The notes under the pieces: model-generated
Databases searched by the model: none
Seen by the model: only the letters and a program-made list of their open reading frames with translations
Told to the model about the DNA's origin: nothing
Program-made: the position numbers and the translations under genes
NCBI RefSeq assembly: GCF_009914755.1
Contig: NC_060934.1
Reading direction: 5' to 3' (one strand)
Source: the human T2T-CHM13v2.0 reference genome, Homo sapiens
DNA length: 64,000 nucleotides
Shown here: in pieces, positions 19,456-34,200 of the stretch
Numbering within the stretch: the stretch's first letter is position 1
Layout of the letters: each line of letters starts with the position of its first letter

Positions 19456-21611
19456 TCATCATCATTCCTATTTCTTTTTTTAGCTTGTAAATGTTTTTGA
19501 TGCATAATATTTGTACATACTTATAGGCACATGTGACATTTGGATATATGCATACAATGTGTAATGATAAAATCGGGGTCTTTAGGATATTCATCACCTC
19601 AAACATTTATCATTTCTTTGTGTGGGAACATTTTAAATCTTATTTTATGGGCTATTTTGAAATATAAAATATTTTGTTAATATAGTCATCCTACTGTGCT
19701 ATCACACACTAGAGCTTATTCCTTTTACCTAATTGTGTGTTTTAACGCATTAGCTAATGTCGCTTCATTCTCCCACCCCTTCCCAGGCTCTTGTAGCTAT
19801 CATTGTACTCTATATCCCCATGAAATTCACTTTTTTTTTTTTTAGCTCATACATAAGAATGAGAACATGCAATATTCATCTTTCTATGCCTGGCTTATTT
19901 CACTTAACATAATGACCTCCAATTTCCTCCATGTTACAAATCACAGGATTTTATTCTTTTTATGGCTGAATAGTATTCCATTGTGGATATGTACCATGTT
20001 TTCTTTATCCATTCATCCATTGATGGACACTTAGCTTGATTTCATTTCTTAGCTATTGTGAATAGTGCTGCAGTACACAGGATGGTGTAGGTATTCCTTT
20101 GATATACTGATTTCATTTCCTTTGGATAAACCCAGTAGTGGGATTGCTGGATCATATTGTAGTTATATTTTTAGCTTTTTGAGAAACCTCTATAATGTTT
20201 TTTTTAATAATGATTGTACTAATTTACATTCCCACCAGCCATGTGTGATAGTTCTTTTTTTTTTTTTTACATCTTTGACAGTGTTTGTTATTTTTTGTCT
20301 TTTTGATAATAAGCATTCGATCTAGAATAAAATGATATCTCATTCTGGTCTTGATTTAGATTTCGTTATGATTAATGATGTTGAGCATTTTTTAAATATT
20401 TGCTGCCTGCTTGTATGTTGTCTTTAAGAAATGTCTATTTAGATTTTTTGCCCAACTTTTAATGGGATTATTTGTTTCTTTGCTATTGAATTGTTTGGGT
20501 TTCTTGTATATTTTGGATATTAGTTTCTTGTTGAAGGAATAGTTTGCAAATATTTTCTCTCATTCAACAAGCTGCCTTTTTATTGATTGTTTCTTCTGCT
20601 GGGCAGAAGCTTTTTCATTTAATATAGTTCCATTTGTCTATTTTTGTTGTTGTTGCCTGTGCTTTTGTGATCACGGCCATAAAATTTTTGGCTAGACCAA
20701 TGTCCTAGAGCATTTCTCCTGCGTTTTCTTCTAGTAGTTTTATAGTTTCAGGTCTTACATTTAAGCCTTTAATGTATTTTGCATTGATTTTTGAGAGATT
20801 GGGGCCTAGTTTCATTTCTTTGCACATGAAGATTTAGTTTTCCAAGCACCATTTTTAGAGTCTCTCCTATCCCCAGTGTATGTTCATGGCACCTTTGTAA
20901 AAAGTGAGTTGACTGTAAGTGCATAGCTTTACTTCTGGGTTCTCTATTCTGTTCCATTGGTCTATGTGTCTGTTTTTGTTCAATAATATTATATTTTAGT
21001 TACTATAGCCTTGTAGTATATTTTGAAGTCAGGTAGTGTGATGCCTTCAATTTGGCTCTTTTTGCCCAGAATAGCTTGACTATTTGGGTTCTTTTGTGGT
21101 TCTATAGAGATTTTAAAAATTTCTTTTAATTATGTTTTTGGCATTTTGATAGTGATTGCATTGAAACTGTAGTTTGCTTTAGGTAGTATCTTTATTTTTA
21201 CAATATTAATTCTTCCAGTCAGTGAGCATGAGATGTTCTTTAAGTTTTTGTATTCTCTTCAATTTATTTTATCAGTGTTTTACAGCTTTCTTTACAGAGG
21301 TCTTTCACCTTCATCATTACATTTATTTTTAGGTATATTACTTTTTCTTATAGCTATTTAAATGGGATTGCTTTCTTGATTTTTTTTCAGCTAGTTCTTT
21401 AATGTTGTATAGAAATGCAACTGATTTTTTTTATGTTGACTTTGTATGCCATAAATTTATTGAATTCATTGAGCAGTTTTACGAGTTTTCTGGTGGAATC
21501 TTTAGGTATTTCTGTATATAAGATCATGTCATCTGTAAAAAGTGACAATTTGTCATCTTCCTTTCCTGTTTGGATGCCTTTTATTTCTTTCTCTTGCCTG
21601 ATCTGTTTATG

Positions 21612-24016
21612 TGATATGGTTTAGATATTTGTCCCACCCAAATGTCATGTTAAACTGTAATCCCCAGTTTTGGAGATGGGGTCTGGTAGGATGTGTTAGA
21701 GTTGTGGGGGCAGATCCCTCATGGCTTGGTGCTATCCTCATGGTAGTGAGTTCTCCTGAGGTTTGGTTAAAAGTATGTGACACCTCCCCCACTCATTACT
21801 TCCACTCTCTCTATGTGAAAAGCTGTCTCCCTCTTTGCTTTTCATCATGATTGTAAGCAGCCCAAGGCTTCACCAGACACCAAGCAGATGCCCAGTGCCA
21901 TGCTTCCTGGACACCTGAAGAACCACGAGCCAATTAAACCTCTTTTATTTATAAATTACCCAGTCTCAGATATTTCTTTATACCAAGACAGGAATAGCCT
22001 AACACAGGAAATTGGTACTGAGGAATGGGGCGTTGCTACAAAGATACCTCAAAATGTGGATGCAACTTTGGAGCTGCGTAACAGGCAGAGGTTGGAAAAA
22101 TTTGGAGGGCTCCGAAGAAGAACAAGAGGATGAGGGAGTTTGGAACTTCGTAGAGACTGGTTAAATGATTGTGACGAAAATGCTGATGGTGATATGGACA
22201 GTGAAGTCCAGGCTGAGGAGGTCTCAAGATGCAAATGAGGAACTTATTGGAAACTAGAGCAAAGATCACCCTTATTATGCCTTAGCAAAGAATTTGGCTG
22301 TATTTTGTCACACCCTAGGGATTTGTGGAAGTTTAGACTTAGGGTATCTGGCAGAAGAAATTTCTAAGCAGGAAAGCATTTAAGACATAGCCTGGCTGCT
22401 TCCAGCAACCTGAGTCAGATACAGGAGCAAAGAAATGACTTAAAATTCCAAGTTATATTTAAAAGGGAAGCAGAGAATAAAAATTTGGAAAATTTATAAC
22501 CTGGCCATATAGAAAAGAAAAGAAAAGAAAAGCCTGTTTTCAGAAGAATCCAGGCAGAGTAACCACTTGCTAGAGAGATTTGCATAGCAAAAAGGGAGCC
22601 AGGTGCTCATAGCCAAGACAATGGGGAAAAGGCCTCGAAGTCATTTCAGAGATATTCATAGCAGCCCATCCCATCACATGCCCAGAAGCTTAAGAGGAAA
22701 GAATGCCAGGCTCACGGCCCTGCTGCCCTGTGCAGCCTTTGGACACTTCTCTTTGTATCTGGGCTGCTTCAGCTAGAGCCTTGGGTGCAAAGGGCCCCAG
22801 ATACAGCTCAGGCCACTGCTTCAGAGGGTACAAGCCATAAGCTTTGGTGGTTTCTACATGGTGTTAAGCCTGTAGCTGAAAAAAGTACAAGAGTAAAGGA
22901 GGCTTGGCAGCCTCTGCCTAGGTTTCAGGGAATATATGAGAAATCTTGGGTGCCGAGGCAGAATGCAAGGGCAGAGCCCTCACAGAGAACCTCTACTACA
23001 GCAGTGTCAAGGGGAAAAGAGGGACTGGAGGCCCCACACAGAGTCCCCAACAGGGTACTGCCTAGTGGAGTTATGGGAAGGGGCACTGTCCTCCAGACCC
23101 CCAAAATGGTAGATCCACTGGCAGCTTGCACCCTGTGCCTGGAAAAACTGTAGGCACTCAACTCCAACCTGTAAGAGCAGCTTTGGGGCTTACCCTGCAC
23201 AGCCACAGGGGCAGAGCTGCCCAGGGTTTTGGGAGCCCACCTCTTGTACCAGTATGCCCTGGATTTGGGACATGGAGTCAAAGGAGATTATTTTGGAGCT
23301 TTAAGATTTAATAACTGCCCTGATGGGTTTCAGATTTGTATGGGGCCTGTCATCCTTCTCTTTAGGCCAACTTCTCCCTTTAGGAACAGAAGTCTTTACC
23401 CAATGCCTGTACTGTATCTAGAAATAAATAAATTGGCTTTGATTTTACAGGTTTATAGATAGAAGGAAATTGGCTTGAGTCTCAGATGAGAGTTTGGACT
23501 TGGGACTTTTGAGTTAATGCTGGAATGAGTTAAGAGTTTGGGGGCTATTGAGAAGAGATGATTGTATTCTGAAATGTGAGAAGGATATGAGATTTTTGGA
23601 GCCAGATGCAGAATGATATGGTTTGGATATCTGTTCCACGCAAACATCATGTTGAAACGTAAACCCCAAAGTTGGAGATGGGGCCTGGTGGGAGGTGATT
23701 GGATTATGGGGGCAGATCCCCCGTGGCTTGGTGCCGTTCTCACAATAGTGACTTCTCATGAGATCTGGTTGTTTAAAAGTATGTGGCATCTCCCCTGACC
23801 CATCTTGCTCCTGCTTTCTCCATGGGAGACACTGGCTCCCCCTTTGCCCTCTGCCATGATTGTAAGCAGCCCAAGGCCTCATGAGAAGCTGAGCAGATAC
23901 CTGGTACCATGCTTCCTGTACAGCCTGCAGAACTGTGAGCCAATTAAACTTCTTTTCCTTATAAATTATCCAGTCTTAGGTATTTCTTTATAGCAATGCA
24001 GGAATGGCCTAACACA
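21612..24016 (+). mobile_element. Complete MaLR retrotransposon (MSTB-like): LTR 21612-22006, internal region, LTR 23614-24016
   Basis: Two similar TG...CA LTRs, MST-int sequence (GAAATTGGTACTGAGG...), 5-bp TSD ttatg at 21607-21611 and 24017-24021. Confidence 0.92.
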
Positions 24017-25206
24017 TTATGACTTCTAATACTGTGTTAATAAGAGTTGTGAAAGTGGGCATCGTTGTCCTATTTTAAATCTTAGAGGAAAAGGTTTCGA
24101 CTTTTCCCCATTCAGTATAATGTTAGCTGTGGGTTTGTCATATGTAGCATTTATTGTGTTAAGGTATGTTTCTTCTATACACAATGTATTGAGAGTTTTT
24201 ATGATGAAACAATGTTAAATTTTATCAAGTTTTTTCAGTATCTATTGAGATAATCAGTGGTTTCTGTCCTTGATTCTGTTTATGTGATGTATCATGTTTA
24301 TTGATTTGTGGACATTGAATCATCTTTATGTCCCTGAGGTGTATCCCACTTGATCATGGTGAATTAACTTTTTAAATGTTTTTTGAATTTGGTTTGCTAC
24401 TATTTTGTTGAGGCTTTTTGCATCAATTTTCATCAGGGGTTTTGGCCTATAGTTTTCTTTTTTGTTGTATCTTTGGATTTGATATCAAGGACTTCATAAA
24501 GTGAATTAGGAAGAATTTTCTCTTCAATTTTATGGAATAGTTTGAGAAGAATTGGTGTTAGTTTCTCTTTATGAGTTTGGTAGAATACAGCAGTAGAGCC
24601 ATCTGGTCCTGGGCTTTTTTGTTGTTGTTGACTTTTTATTACTGATTTAATTTTATTACTCATTATTGATCTGTTAAGGCTTTTTAACAGACACTGTTCA
24701 ATTTGGTAGGTTGTATGTGTCCAGGCATTTATTCATCTCTTCCACGTTTTCCAATTTGTTAGCATATAGTTTTTCATAGTCGTCTCTGATGATCTTTTGT
24801 ATTTCTCTGGTAACTATTGTAATGTGTCTTTTTTCATTTCTGATTTCATTTGGGTCTTCTTTCTTTTTTTGTTGCTTAGTCCAGCTAACAGTTCATCAAT
24901 TTTGATTAGCTTTAAAAAATCCAACTCTTTTTTTGTCCTTTATACTGTTTTTAGTATCTGTGTTTTAGTTCTGCTCTGATCTTTATTTTTTTCTTCTACA
25001 AATTTTTGGTTTGGTTTGTTCCTCCTTTTCTGGTTCCTTGAGGTGTAGTATTTTATTTGAGCTGTTTATTTGAGATCTTTTTGCTTTTTTGATGTAGGCA
25101 TTTATTGCTATAAACTTTCCTCTTAGTACTGCTTTTGTTACATTCCATAGTTTTAATGTGTTGTGTTTCAATTTCTATTGTTCTATGATTTTTTTTGACT
25201 TCCATG

Positions 25207-25508
25207 TTTTTTTATTTTTTTATGTTTTTGAGACAGAGTCTTGCTCTGTTGCCCAGGCGGTGTGCAGTGGTGCGATCTAGGCTCACTGCACCCTCCGCCT
25301 CCCAGGCTGAAGCAATTCTCTTGCCTCAGCCACCTGAGTAGCCGGGACTACAGGCCTGCGCCACCATGCCCAGCTAATTTTTGTATTTTTAAGAGAGACG
25401 GGGTTTTGCCATGTTTCCCAGGCTGGTCTCGAACTCCTGGCCTCAAGTGATCCTCCCGCCTCAACCTTCCAAAGTGCTGGGATTACTGGCATGAGCCACC
25501 ATGCCTGT
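25207..25508 (-). mobile_element. AluJ-like element
   Basis: Alu body with CTCCTGGCCTCAAGTGATCCTCCC and a T-rich tail. Confidence 0.88.
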
Positions 25509-26270
25509 CATGCCTTGATTCCCATCTTAATTTCTTCATTGATCCAGTGGTTGTTCAGGAGCATGTTGTTTAATTTCTATGTATTTGTAGTTTCCAAAGA
25601 TCCTCTTGCTATTAGTTTCTAGTTTTCCATTGTGGTTTTAGAAGATACTTGATATGATCTTGTATTTTAAAAATTTGATGAGGCTGGTTTTGTAGCCTAA
25701 GATATGATCTATCCTGGAAAATGTTCCGTGTCCTGGTGAGAAGATGCATATTCTGTAGCTGTTGGGTAAAATGGTCTTTAGAGGTCTGTTATGTCCACTT
25801 AAGTCTACATTACAATTTAAGTCTGATGTTTCTTTGTTTATTTTCTGTCTAGATGACCTGTCCAATGCTGCTGTGTTGATGTTTCCTGCTATTATGGCAT
25901 TAGAGTCGATCTTTACCTTTAGATCTAGTAATATTTACTATAAATATCTGGGTTCTTTGATGTTGTTTGCATATATATTTAGAATTGTTATATCCTCTGG
26001 CTGAGTTGATCCTGTTATTATTATGTAATGATCTTCTTTGTCACTTTTTACTGTTTTGACTTAGAGTCTTTTTTATCTGATATAGATATAGCTGTTCTTG
26101 CTTGCTTTTGGTTTTTGTTTGCATGGAATTTTTAAATTCTATCCTTTTACTTTGAATTTCCATAGGCTACATATACTTGAGTCATTTTTTAAAAAATCCA
26201 TTCAGTTGGTCTATAGCTTTTAAGTGGGGAACTCATTTATATTCAAGGTTACTATTGATACACAAGGGCT

Positions 26271-26552
26271 AATATGGTTTGGATCTGTGTCCCCACCAAA
26301 ATCTCATGTTGAATTGTAATCCCCAGTGTTGGAGGTGGGGCATGGTGGGAGGTGACTGTATAATGGGGCAAATTTCCTATAAATGGTTTAGCACCATCCT
26401 CTTAGTACTGTCCTTGTGATAGTGAGTTCTCGCAAGATCTGGTTATTTAAAAGTGTGTGGCACCTCCCATCCCCTATCTCTCACTCCTACTCTGGCATGT
26501 GATGGGCCTGCTCCATCTTCAACTTCTGCCATGATTGTAAGTTTTCTGAGGC
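26271..26552 (+). mobile_element. Partial MSTA-like LTR
   Basis: ATATGGTTTGGATCTGTGTCCCCACC start, truncated after GTAAGTTTTCTGAGGC. Confidence 0.8.
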
Positions 26553-26675
26553 AGTTGACCTGGTAAATGAGGTGGCTACTAAGTGAGCAATGGCTGAGTA
26601 GTGTATATAGTGCAGATATGCTGAACAAAGAGATGTTTCATGTCCTGGGTGAGATGGAGTGAGATAGCATGATTT
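26552..26675 (-). mobile_element. MER44 (Tigger7-derived) DNA transposon fragment
   Basis: GGCTACTAAGTGAGC...GATATGCTGAACAAAGAGATGTTTCATGTCCTGGG resembles the remembered MER44 consensus. Confidence 0.65.
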
Positions 26676-26696
26676 TTTTTTGCGTATGTGTATGTA

Positions 26697-26698
<2 letters not shown>

Positions 26699-26726
<28 letters not shown>
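26699..26726. repeat. (TG)n microsatellite
   Basis: Direct reading of the sequence. Confidence 0.95.
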
Positions 26727-27073
<347 letters not shown>

Positions 27074-27084
27074 CCAGATTTCTT

Positions 27085-30000
27085 TATTATTATTATTATT
27101 TTTTATTGTACTTAAAGTTCTGGGATACATGTGCAGAATGTGCAGGTTTGTTACACAGGTATACATGTGCCATAGTGGCTTGCTGCACCCATCAACGCGT
27201 CATCTACATTAGGTATTTCTCCTAATACTGTTCCTCCCCTTGCCCTCTACCCCCACAACAGGCCCTGGTTTGTGATGTTCCCCTCCGGGAGCCCATATGT
27301 TCTCATTGTTCAACTCCCACTTATGAATGAGAACATGTGGTGTTTGGTTTTCTGTTCCTGTGTTAGGTTGCTGAGAATAATGGTTTCCATCTTCATCCAT
27401 GTAACTGCAAAGGACATGAACTCATCCTTTTTTATGGCTGCATAGTATTCCATGGTGTATATGTGCCACATTTTCTTTATCCAGTCTATCATTGATGGGC
27501 ATTTTGGTTGGTTCCAAGTCTTTGCTATTGTGAATAGTGCCACAATAAACATATGTGTGCATGCGTCTTTATTGTAAAATAACTTACAATCCTTTGAGTA
27601 TATACCCAGTAATGGGATTGCTGGGTCAAATGGTATTTCTAGTTCTAGATCATTGAGGAATTGCCACACTGTCTTCCACAATGGTTGAACTAATTGACAC
27701 TCCCACCAATGGTGTAAAAGCCTTCCTGTTTATCTACATCCTCTCCAGCATTTGTTGTTTCCTGACTTTTTAATGATCACCATTCTAACTGGTGTGAGAT
27801 GGTATCTCATTGTGGTTTTGATTTGCATTTCTCTAATGACCAATGATGATGAGCTTTTTTTCACTTTTGTTAGCCGCATAAATATCTTCTTTTGAAAAAT
27901 GTCTGTTCATATCCTTTGCCCACTTTTTGATGGGGTTGTTTGTTTTTTTCTTGTAAATTTGTTTAAGTTCCTTGTAGATTCTGGATATTAGTCCTTTGTC
28001 AGATGGATAATTGCAAAAATGTTCTCCCATTCTGTAGATTGCCTGTTCACTCTGATGATAGTTTCTTTTGCTATGCAGAAGCTCTTTAGTTTAATTAGAT
28101 CTTATTTGTCAGTTTTGGCTTTTGTTGCCATTGCTTTTGGTGTTTTAGTCATGAAGTCTTTGCCCATGCCTATGTCCTGAATGGTATTGCCTAGGTTTTC
28201 TTCTAGGGTTTTTATGGTTTTAGGTCTTACATTTAAGTCTTTAATCCATCTTGAGTTAATTTTTGTATAAGGTGTAAGGAAGGGATCCAGTTTCAGTTTT
28301 CTGCCTATGGCTAGCCACTTTTCTCAGCATCATTTATTAAATAGGGAATCCTTTCCCCATTGCTTGTTTTTGTCAGGTTTGTCAAAGATTGGATGGTTTA
28401 CATGTGTGGCATTATTTCTGAGGCCTGTGTTCTGTACCATTGATCTATACATCTGTTTTGGCACCAGTACCATGCTGTTTTGGCTACTGTAGCCTTGTAG
28501 TATAATTTGAAGTCAGGTAGCATGATGCCTCTAGCTCTGATCTTTTTGCTTAGGATTGTCTTGGCTATACAGGCTCTTTCTTGTTTCACATGAAATTTGA
28601 AGTAGTTTTTTCTAATTCTCTGAAGAAAGTCAATGGTATCTTGATGGGAATAGCATTGAATCTATAAATTACTTGGGACAATATGGCCATTTTCACAATA
28701 TTGATTCTTCCTATCCATGAGCATGGAATGTTTTTCCATTTGTTTGTGTCCACTCTTATTTTGTTGAGCAGTGGTTTGCAGTTCTCCTTGAAGAGGTCCG
28801 TCACATCCCTTGTAAGTTGTATTCCTAGGTATTTTATTCTCTTTGTAGCAATTGTGAATGGGAGTTCACTCATGATTTGGCTCTCTGTTTGTCTATTCTT
28901 GGTGTATAGGAAAGCTTGTGATTTTTGCACATTGATTTTGTATCCTGAGACTTTGCTGAAGTTGCTTATCACCTTAAGGAATTTTTGGGCTGAGACAATG
29001 GGGTTTTCTAAATATACAATCATGTCATCTGCAAACAGAGAGAATTTGACTTCCTCTCATCCTATTCGAATACCCTTAATTTTTTTCTCTTGCCTAACTG
29101 CCCTGGCCAGAACTTCCAATATTATGTTGAATAGGAGTGGTGAGAGAGGGCATCCTTGTCTCGTGCTGGTTTTCAAAGGGAATGCTTTCAGTTTTTGCCC
29201 ATTCAGTATGATATGGGCTGTGGGTTTGTCGTAAATAGCTCTTATTATTTTAAGATACATTCCATCCATACCTAGTTTATTAGTGTTTTTAGCATGAAGT
29301 GGTGTTGAATTTTATTGAAGACCTTTTCTACATCTATTGAGATAATCGTGGTTTTTGTCACTGGTTCTGTTTATGTGATGGATTACATTTATTGATTTGC
29401 GTATGTTGAACCAGCCTTGTGTCCCGGGGTGAAGCCGACTTGATCATGGTGGATAAGCTTTTTAATGTGCTGCTGGATTCAGTTTGCCAGTATTTTATTG
29501 AGAATTTTCGCATCGATGTTCATCAGGGATATTGGCCTGAAATTTTCTTTGTTTTTTTTTTTTGTTGTGTCTCTGCCAGGTTTTGGTACCAGGATGATGC
29601 TGACCTCATAAAATGAGTTAGGTGGGAGTTCCTCTTTTTCTATTATTTGGAATAGTTGTAGAAGTAATGGTACTAGCTCCTCTTTGTACCTCTGGTAGAA
29701 TTCGACTGTGAAACATGTGGTCCTGAACGTTTTTGGTTGGTAGGCTATTAATTACTGCCTCAATTTCAGAACTTCTTATTGGTCTATTCAGGGATTCTGT
29801 TTTTTCCTGGTTTAGTCTTGGGTGGGTGTATGTGTCCAGGAATTTATCCATTTATTCTAGATTTTCTATTTTATTTGCCTAGAGGTGTTTATAGTATTCT
29901 CTGAGGGTAGTTTATATTTTTGTGGGATTGGTGGTGATATCCCCTTTATCGATTTTATTGTGTCTATTTGATTCTTTTCTCTTCTTTATTAGTCTGGCTA

Positions 30001-31212
30001 GCAGTCTATTTTGTTATTCTTTTCAAAAAACTAGCTCCTGGATTCATTGATTTTTTTGAAGGATTTTTTGTGTCTCTATCTCCTTCAGTTTTGCTCTGAT
30101 GTTAGTAATTTCTTGTCTTCTGCTAGCTTTTGAATTTGTTTGCTCTTGCTTCTCTAGTTCTTTTAATTGTGATGTTAGGGTGTTGATTTTAGATCTTTCC
30201 TGCTTTCTCATGTGGGCATTTAGTGCTATAAATTGCCCTCTAAACACTGCTTTAGCTGTGTCCCAGAGATTCTGGTATGCTGTGCCTTTCTTCTCATTTG
30301 TTTCCAAGAACTTATTTATTTCTGCCTTAATTTTGTTATTTACACAGTAGTCATACAATAGCAGGTTGTTCAGTTTCCATGTAGTTGTTCAGTTTTGAGT
30401 GAGTTTCTTAATCCTGAGTTCTAATTTGATTGCATTGTGGTGATTTCTGTTCTTTTGCATTTGCTGAGGAGTGTTTTACTTCCAATTATGTGGTTAGTTT
30501 TAGAATAAGTGCAATATGGTGCTGAGAAGAATGTATATTCTGTTGATTTTGGGTGAAGAGTTCTGTAGATGTTTATTAGGTCTGCTTCTGTAGATGTTTA
30601 TTAGGTCCAGAGCTGAGTTCAAGTCCTGAATATCCTTGTTAATTTTCTGTCTCATTGATCTAATATTGACAGTAGGGTGTTAACGTCTCCCACTATTATT
30701 GTATGGGAGTCTAAGTCTCTTTGTAGGCCTTTAAGAAGTTTCTTTATGAATCTGGGTGTTCCTGTATTGGGTGAATATATATTTAGGATAGTTAGCTCTT
30801 CTTGTTGCATTGATCCCTTTACCATTATGTAATGCCCTTCTTTGTTTCTTTTGATCTTTGTTGATTTAAAGACTGTTTTATCAGAGACTAGGATTGCAAC
30901 CCCTGGTTTTTTTTTTCTTTTCTTTTTTTTTTTGCTTTGCTTTCCATTTGCTTGGTAAATCTTCCTCCATCCCTTTATTTTTAGCCTACGTGTGTCTTTG
31001 CATGTAGACACACATAGGCTAATACGTCTCCTGAATACAGCACAGCAATGGGTATTGACTCCTTATCTAACTTGCCAGTCTGTGTCTTTTCATTGGGGCA
31101 TTTAGCCTGTTCACATTTAAGGTTAATATTGTTATATGTGAATTTGATCCTGTCATTATGAAGCCAGCTGGTTATTTTGCCCATTAGTTGATTCAGTTTC
31201 TTCATAGTGTCA
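27085..31212 (-). mobile_element. 5'-truncated L1PA7-like LINE-1 (~4.1 kb, whole ORF2 region, disrupted)
   Basis: ORF2 peptides across 27310..31011. 17-bp TSD with 2 mismatches: acatatgcagatttctt (26759-26775) and acatgtgcatatttctt (31213-31229). Confidence 0.92.
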
Positions 31213-34200
31213 ACATGTGCATATTTCTTATATGCATATATTTCATAGTGGTGAAATATGGGCATTTAGTGTACCTCTCACCTAAATACTGAACATTGTA
31301 CCAAATAGGTAATTTTTCAACCCTCCCACATTTTAGTCTCCATCAAAACCTGTGGATTGACTTACCCTGCTTTCCACAGCTGGTACTCACACACACCACT
31401 GGGGAAACAGGGTGGAACCACCCACCTTCTGCCATTAGCACCTGCACATGTCCTTTGGGGGCCAAGGAGTTTGATCTATCCCACCCACTGCTGCTTTCTA
31501 TTTTTCCACTCTGTGTGTCCATTGTACCTATAGTTTAGCTCCACTTATAAGTGAGAACATGCAGTTTTTGATTTCCATTTCTGAGTTATTTCACTTAGTA
31601 TAATGGCCTCCAGTATCATCCATGTTGCTGCAAAAAACATGAATTCATTTTTTATGGCTAAATAGTATTCCATAGTGTGTGTGTATATGCATACCTACAC
31701 CCACCCACCACTACCTCCACATACACTACATTCTCTTTATCCATTCCTCTGTTGATGGACACAGGTTGTTGTTTCCGTATCTTTGCTATTATGAATAATT
31801 CTAGGGTAAACATACAAGTGCAGTTATCTTTTTGTATAATGATTTTTCCCTTTGGGTATATATCCAATAGTGGGATGGCTAGATCAAATGTTATTTCTAT
31901 TTTTACTTCACTGAGAAATTGCCATATGATTTTCCATAAAGGTTGTACTAATTTACATTCCCACCAACAGTGTATAGTGTTCCCTTTTCTCTGCATCCTT
32001 GCCAACATCTGTTGTGTTTTGACTTTTTAATAACAGCCATTCTGACTGGTGTAAAATGATATCTCATTGTGTTTTTTATTTGCATTTCTCTGATGATTTC
32101 TAAGATTGGACCGTCTTTCATAGTTTGTTGGCTGCTTCTGTGTCTTCTTTTGAAAAATGTTTGTTCAACATTTCCCTTGCTCACCTTTTAAATGTTTTTT
32201 TTCTTTGTTAAGCTGTTTGAGTTCTTTGTGATTCTGGATATTGGCCCTTTGTTGGATGCATAATTTACAAGTATTTTTTTCTTATTCTGTAGGTTGTCTG
32301 TTTACTCCATTGATTGTTTCCTTTGCTGTACAGAAGCTTTTTGGTTTAATTAAGTCCCATATGTCTATTTTCATTTTTGTTGCATTTGCTTTGAGGACTT
32401 GTTCATAAATTCTCTGCTTAAGTCAATGTCCAGAAGAGTTTTTCCTAGGTTTCTTCTAGGATATTTATAATGTCAGGTGTTAGTTTAGGTCTTTAATCCA
32501 TCTTGAGTTAATTTTTGTATATGGTGAGAATTATGGGTCCAATTTATTTCTTTTGTATATAACAATCCAATTTTCCCAACACTGTTTATTGAATTAGGAT
32601 ATCTTTTCCTCAGTGTAAATTTTTGTTGAATTGGTCAAAAATCAGTTGATTGCAGGTATATTGTTCTTTATTCTCTTCCATTGATCTGTGTGTCTATTTT
32701 TATACCAGCACCATGTTGTTTTGCTTACTCTAGCCTTGTAGTATAATTTGAAGTCAGGTAATGTGATGCCTCCAGCTTTGTTCTTTTTTGCTTAAGATTG
32801 CTTTGGCTATTTGGACTCCTTTTTTGATTCCATATGAATTTTAGGATTATTTTATCGAATTCTATGAAAAATGATGATAATTTGATAGAGGTTGTGTTCA
32901 ATCTGCTGATTACTTTGGGTAGTATGGTCATTTCAATAATATTGTTTCCTTCAATCCATGAGCATGGGATGTTTTTCTATTTGTTTGCATAGTCTGTGAT
33001 TTCTTTCATTAGTGTGTTATAGTTCTCCTTATAGAGATCTTTTTACTCCTTGGTCAAATATTCCTTGATATTTTATTTCATTTTTATAGCCATTGTGAAT
33101 GGGAATGCCTTCTTGATTTGGTCCTTGACTAAGTCATTATCAGTGTGTAAAAATGCTTCTGATTTCTGTATATTAATTTTGCATCCTGAAACTTTTCCGA
33201 ATTGATTTATCAAATCTAAGAGGTTTTTTTTTTTTGGTGAAGTCTTTAGGGTTTTCTAGAATAAGATATTATCATCAGTGAACAGGGATAATTTGACTTC
33301 CTCATTTCTAATTTCGGTGGCTTTTTGTTTTCTCTTGCATGATTGCTTTGGTGAGGACTTCTAGAATTATGTTAAATAAGAGTGGTAAAAATGGGCATTC
33401 TTGTCTTCTGCCAGTTCTTAGAGGGAATGCTTTCAACTTTTCCTCATTAAGATGTTTGCTGTGGATTTGTCATATATTACCTGTTATGTTGAAGTATGCT
33501 TTTTTTATGCCTAGTTTGTTGAGGATTTTTATCATGAAGGGATGCTGAATTTTATGGAATGCTTTTTCTGTGCCTGTTGAAATGATTATGTGGTTTTTGT
33601 CCTTAATGTTTATGTGATGTATTTCATTTATTGATTTGATACTTATTATTGGTCTGTTTGAGAGTTTTAGTTTTTTCTGGTTCGATATTGGGTGTTTGTA
33701 TGTTTCCAGAAATTTATTTATTTCCTCTAGGTTTTCTAGTTTGTGAGTGTAGAGTTGTTGATAATAGTCACTGATGATATCTTGTATTTCTGTGGAATCA
33801 ATTGTAATATCTTTTTTCATTTCTGATTGCATTTATTGAGATCTTGTCTCTTCTTTTCTTGATTAGTCTACTTAGTTTTTGTCAATTTTCTTTACCCTTT
33901 CAAAGAACTAACTTTTTGTTTCATTGATTATTTGTGTTTTATTTTGTTTTCTATTTCATTTGGTTCTTCTTTGATATTTGATATTTGTTTTTTTCTGTTA
34001 ACTTTGGGTTTGGTTTATTCTTTTTCCTCCAGCTTTTTGAAGTGTGATGTTAAGTTGTTAATTTGTGGTCTTTCTACTTTTTTGTTGTAGGCTTTAATGC
34101 TATAAACCCCTCTTAGCCCCGCTTTTGCTGTATCTAACAGGTTTTGGTATGTTGTGTTTTCATTTTCATTCATTTAATAAAATTTTTAAATTTATATCTT

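Larger units (their letters stand above)
19472..26270 (-). mobile_element. L1MA-type LINE-1 (3' UTR to EN) interrupted by a MaLR and an Alu
   Basis: L1MA 3' UTR from 19472 and ORF2-derived peptides in the track (24433..24663, 25638..25865). Confidence 0.8.

Noticed and set aside
30561-30607. Short tandem duplications (also ~44873-44905, ~46941-46990, ~47122-47157)
   Set aside because: Routine slippage duplications inside dead repeats, with no functional signal.
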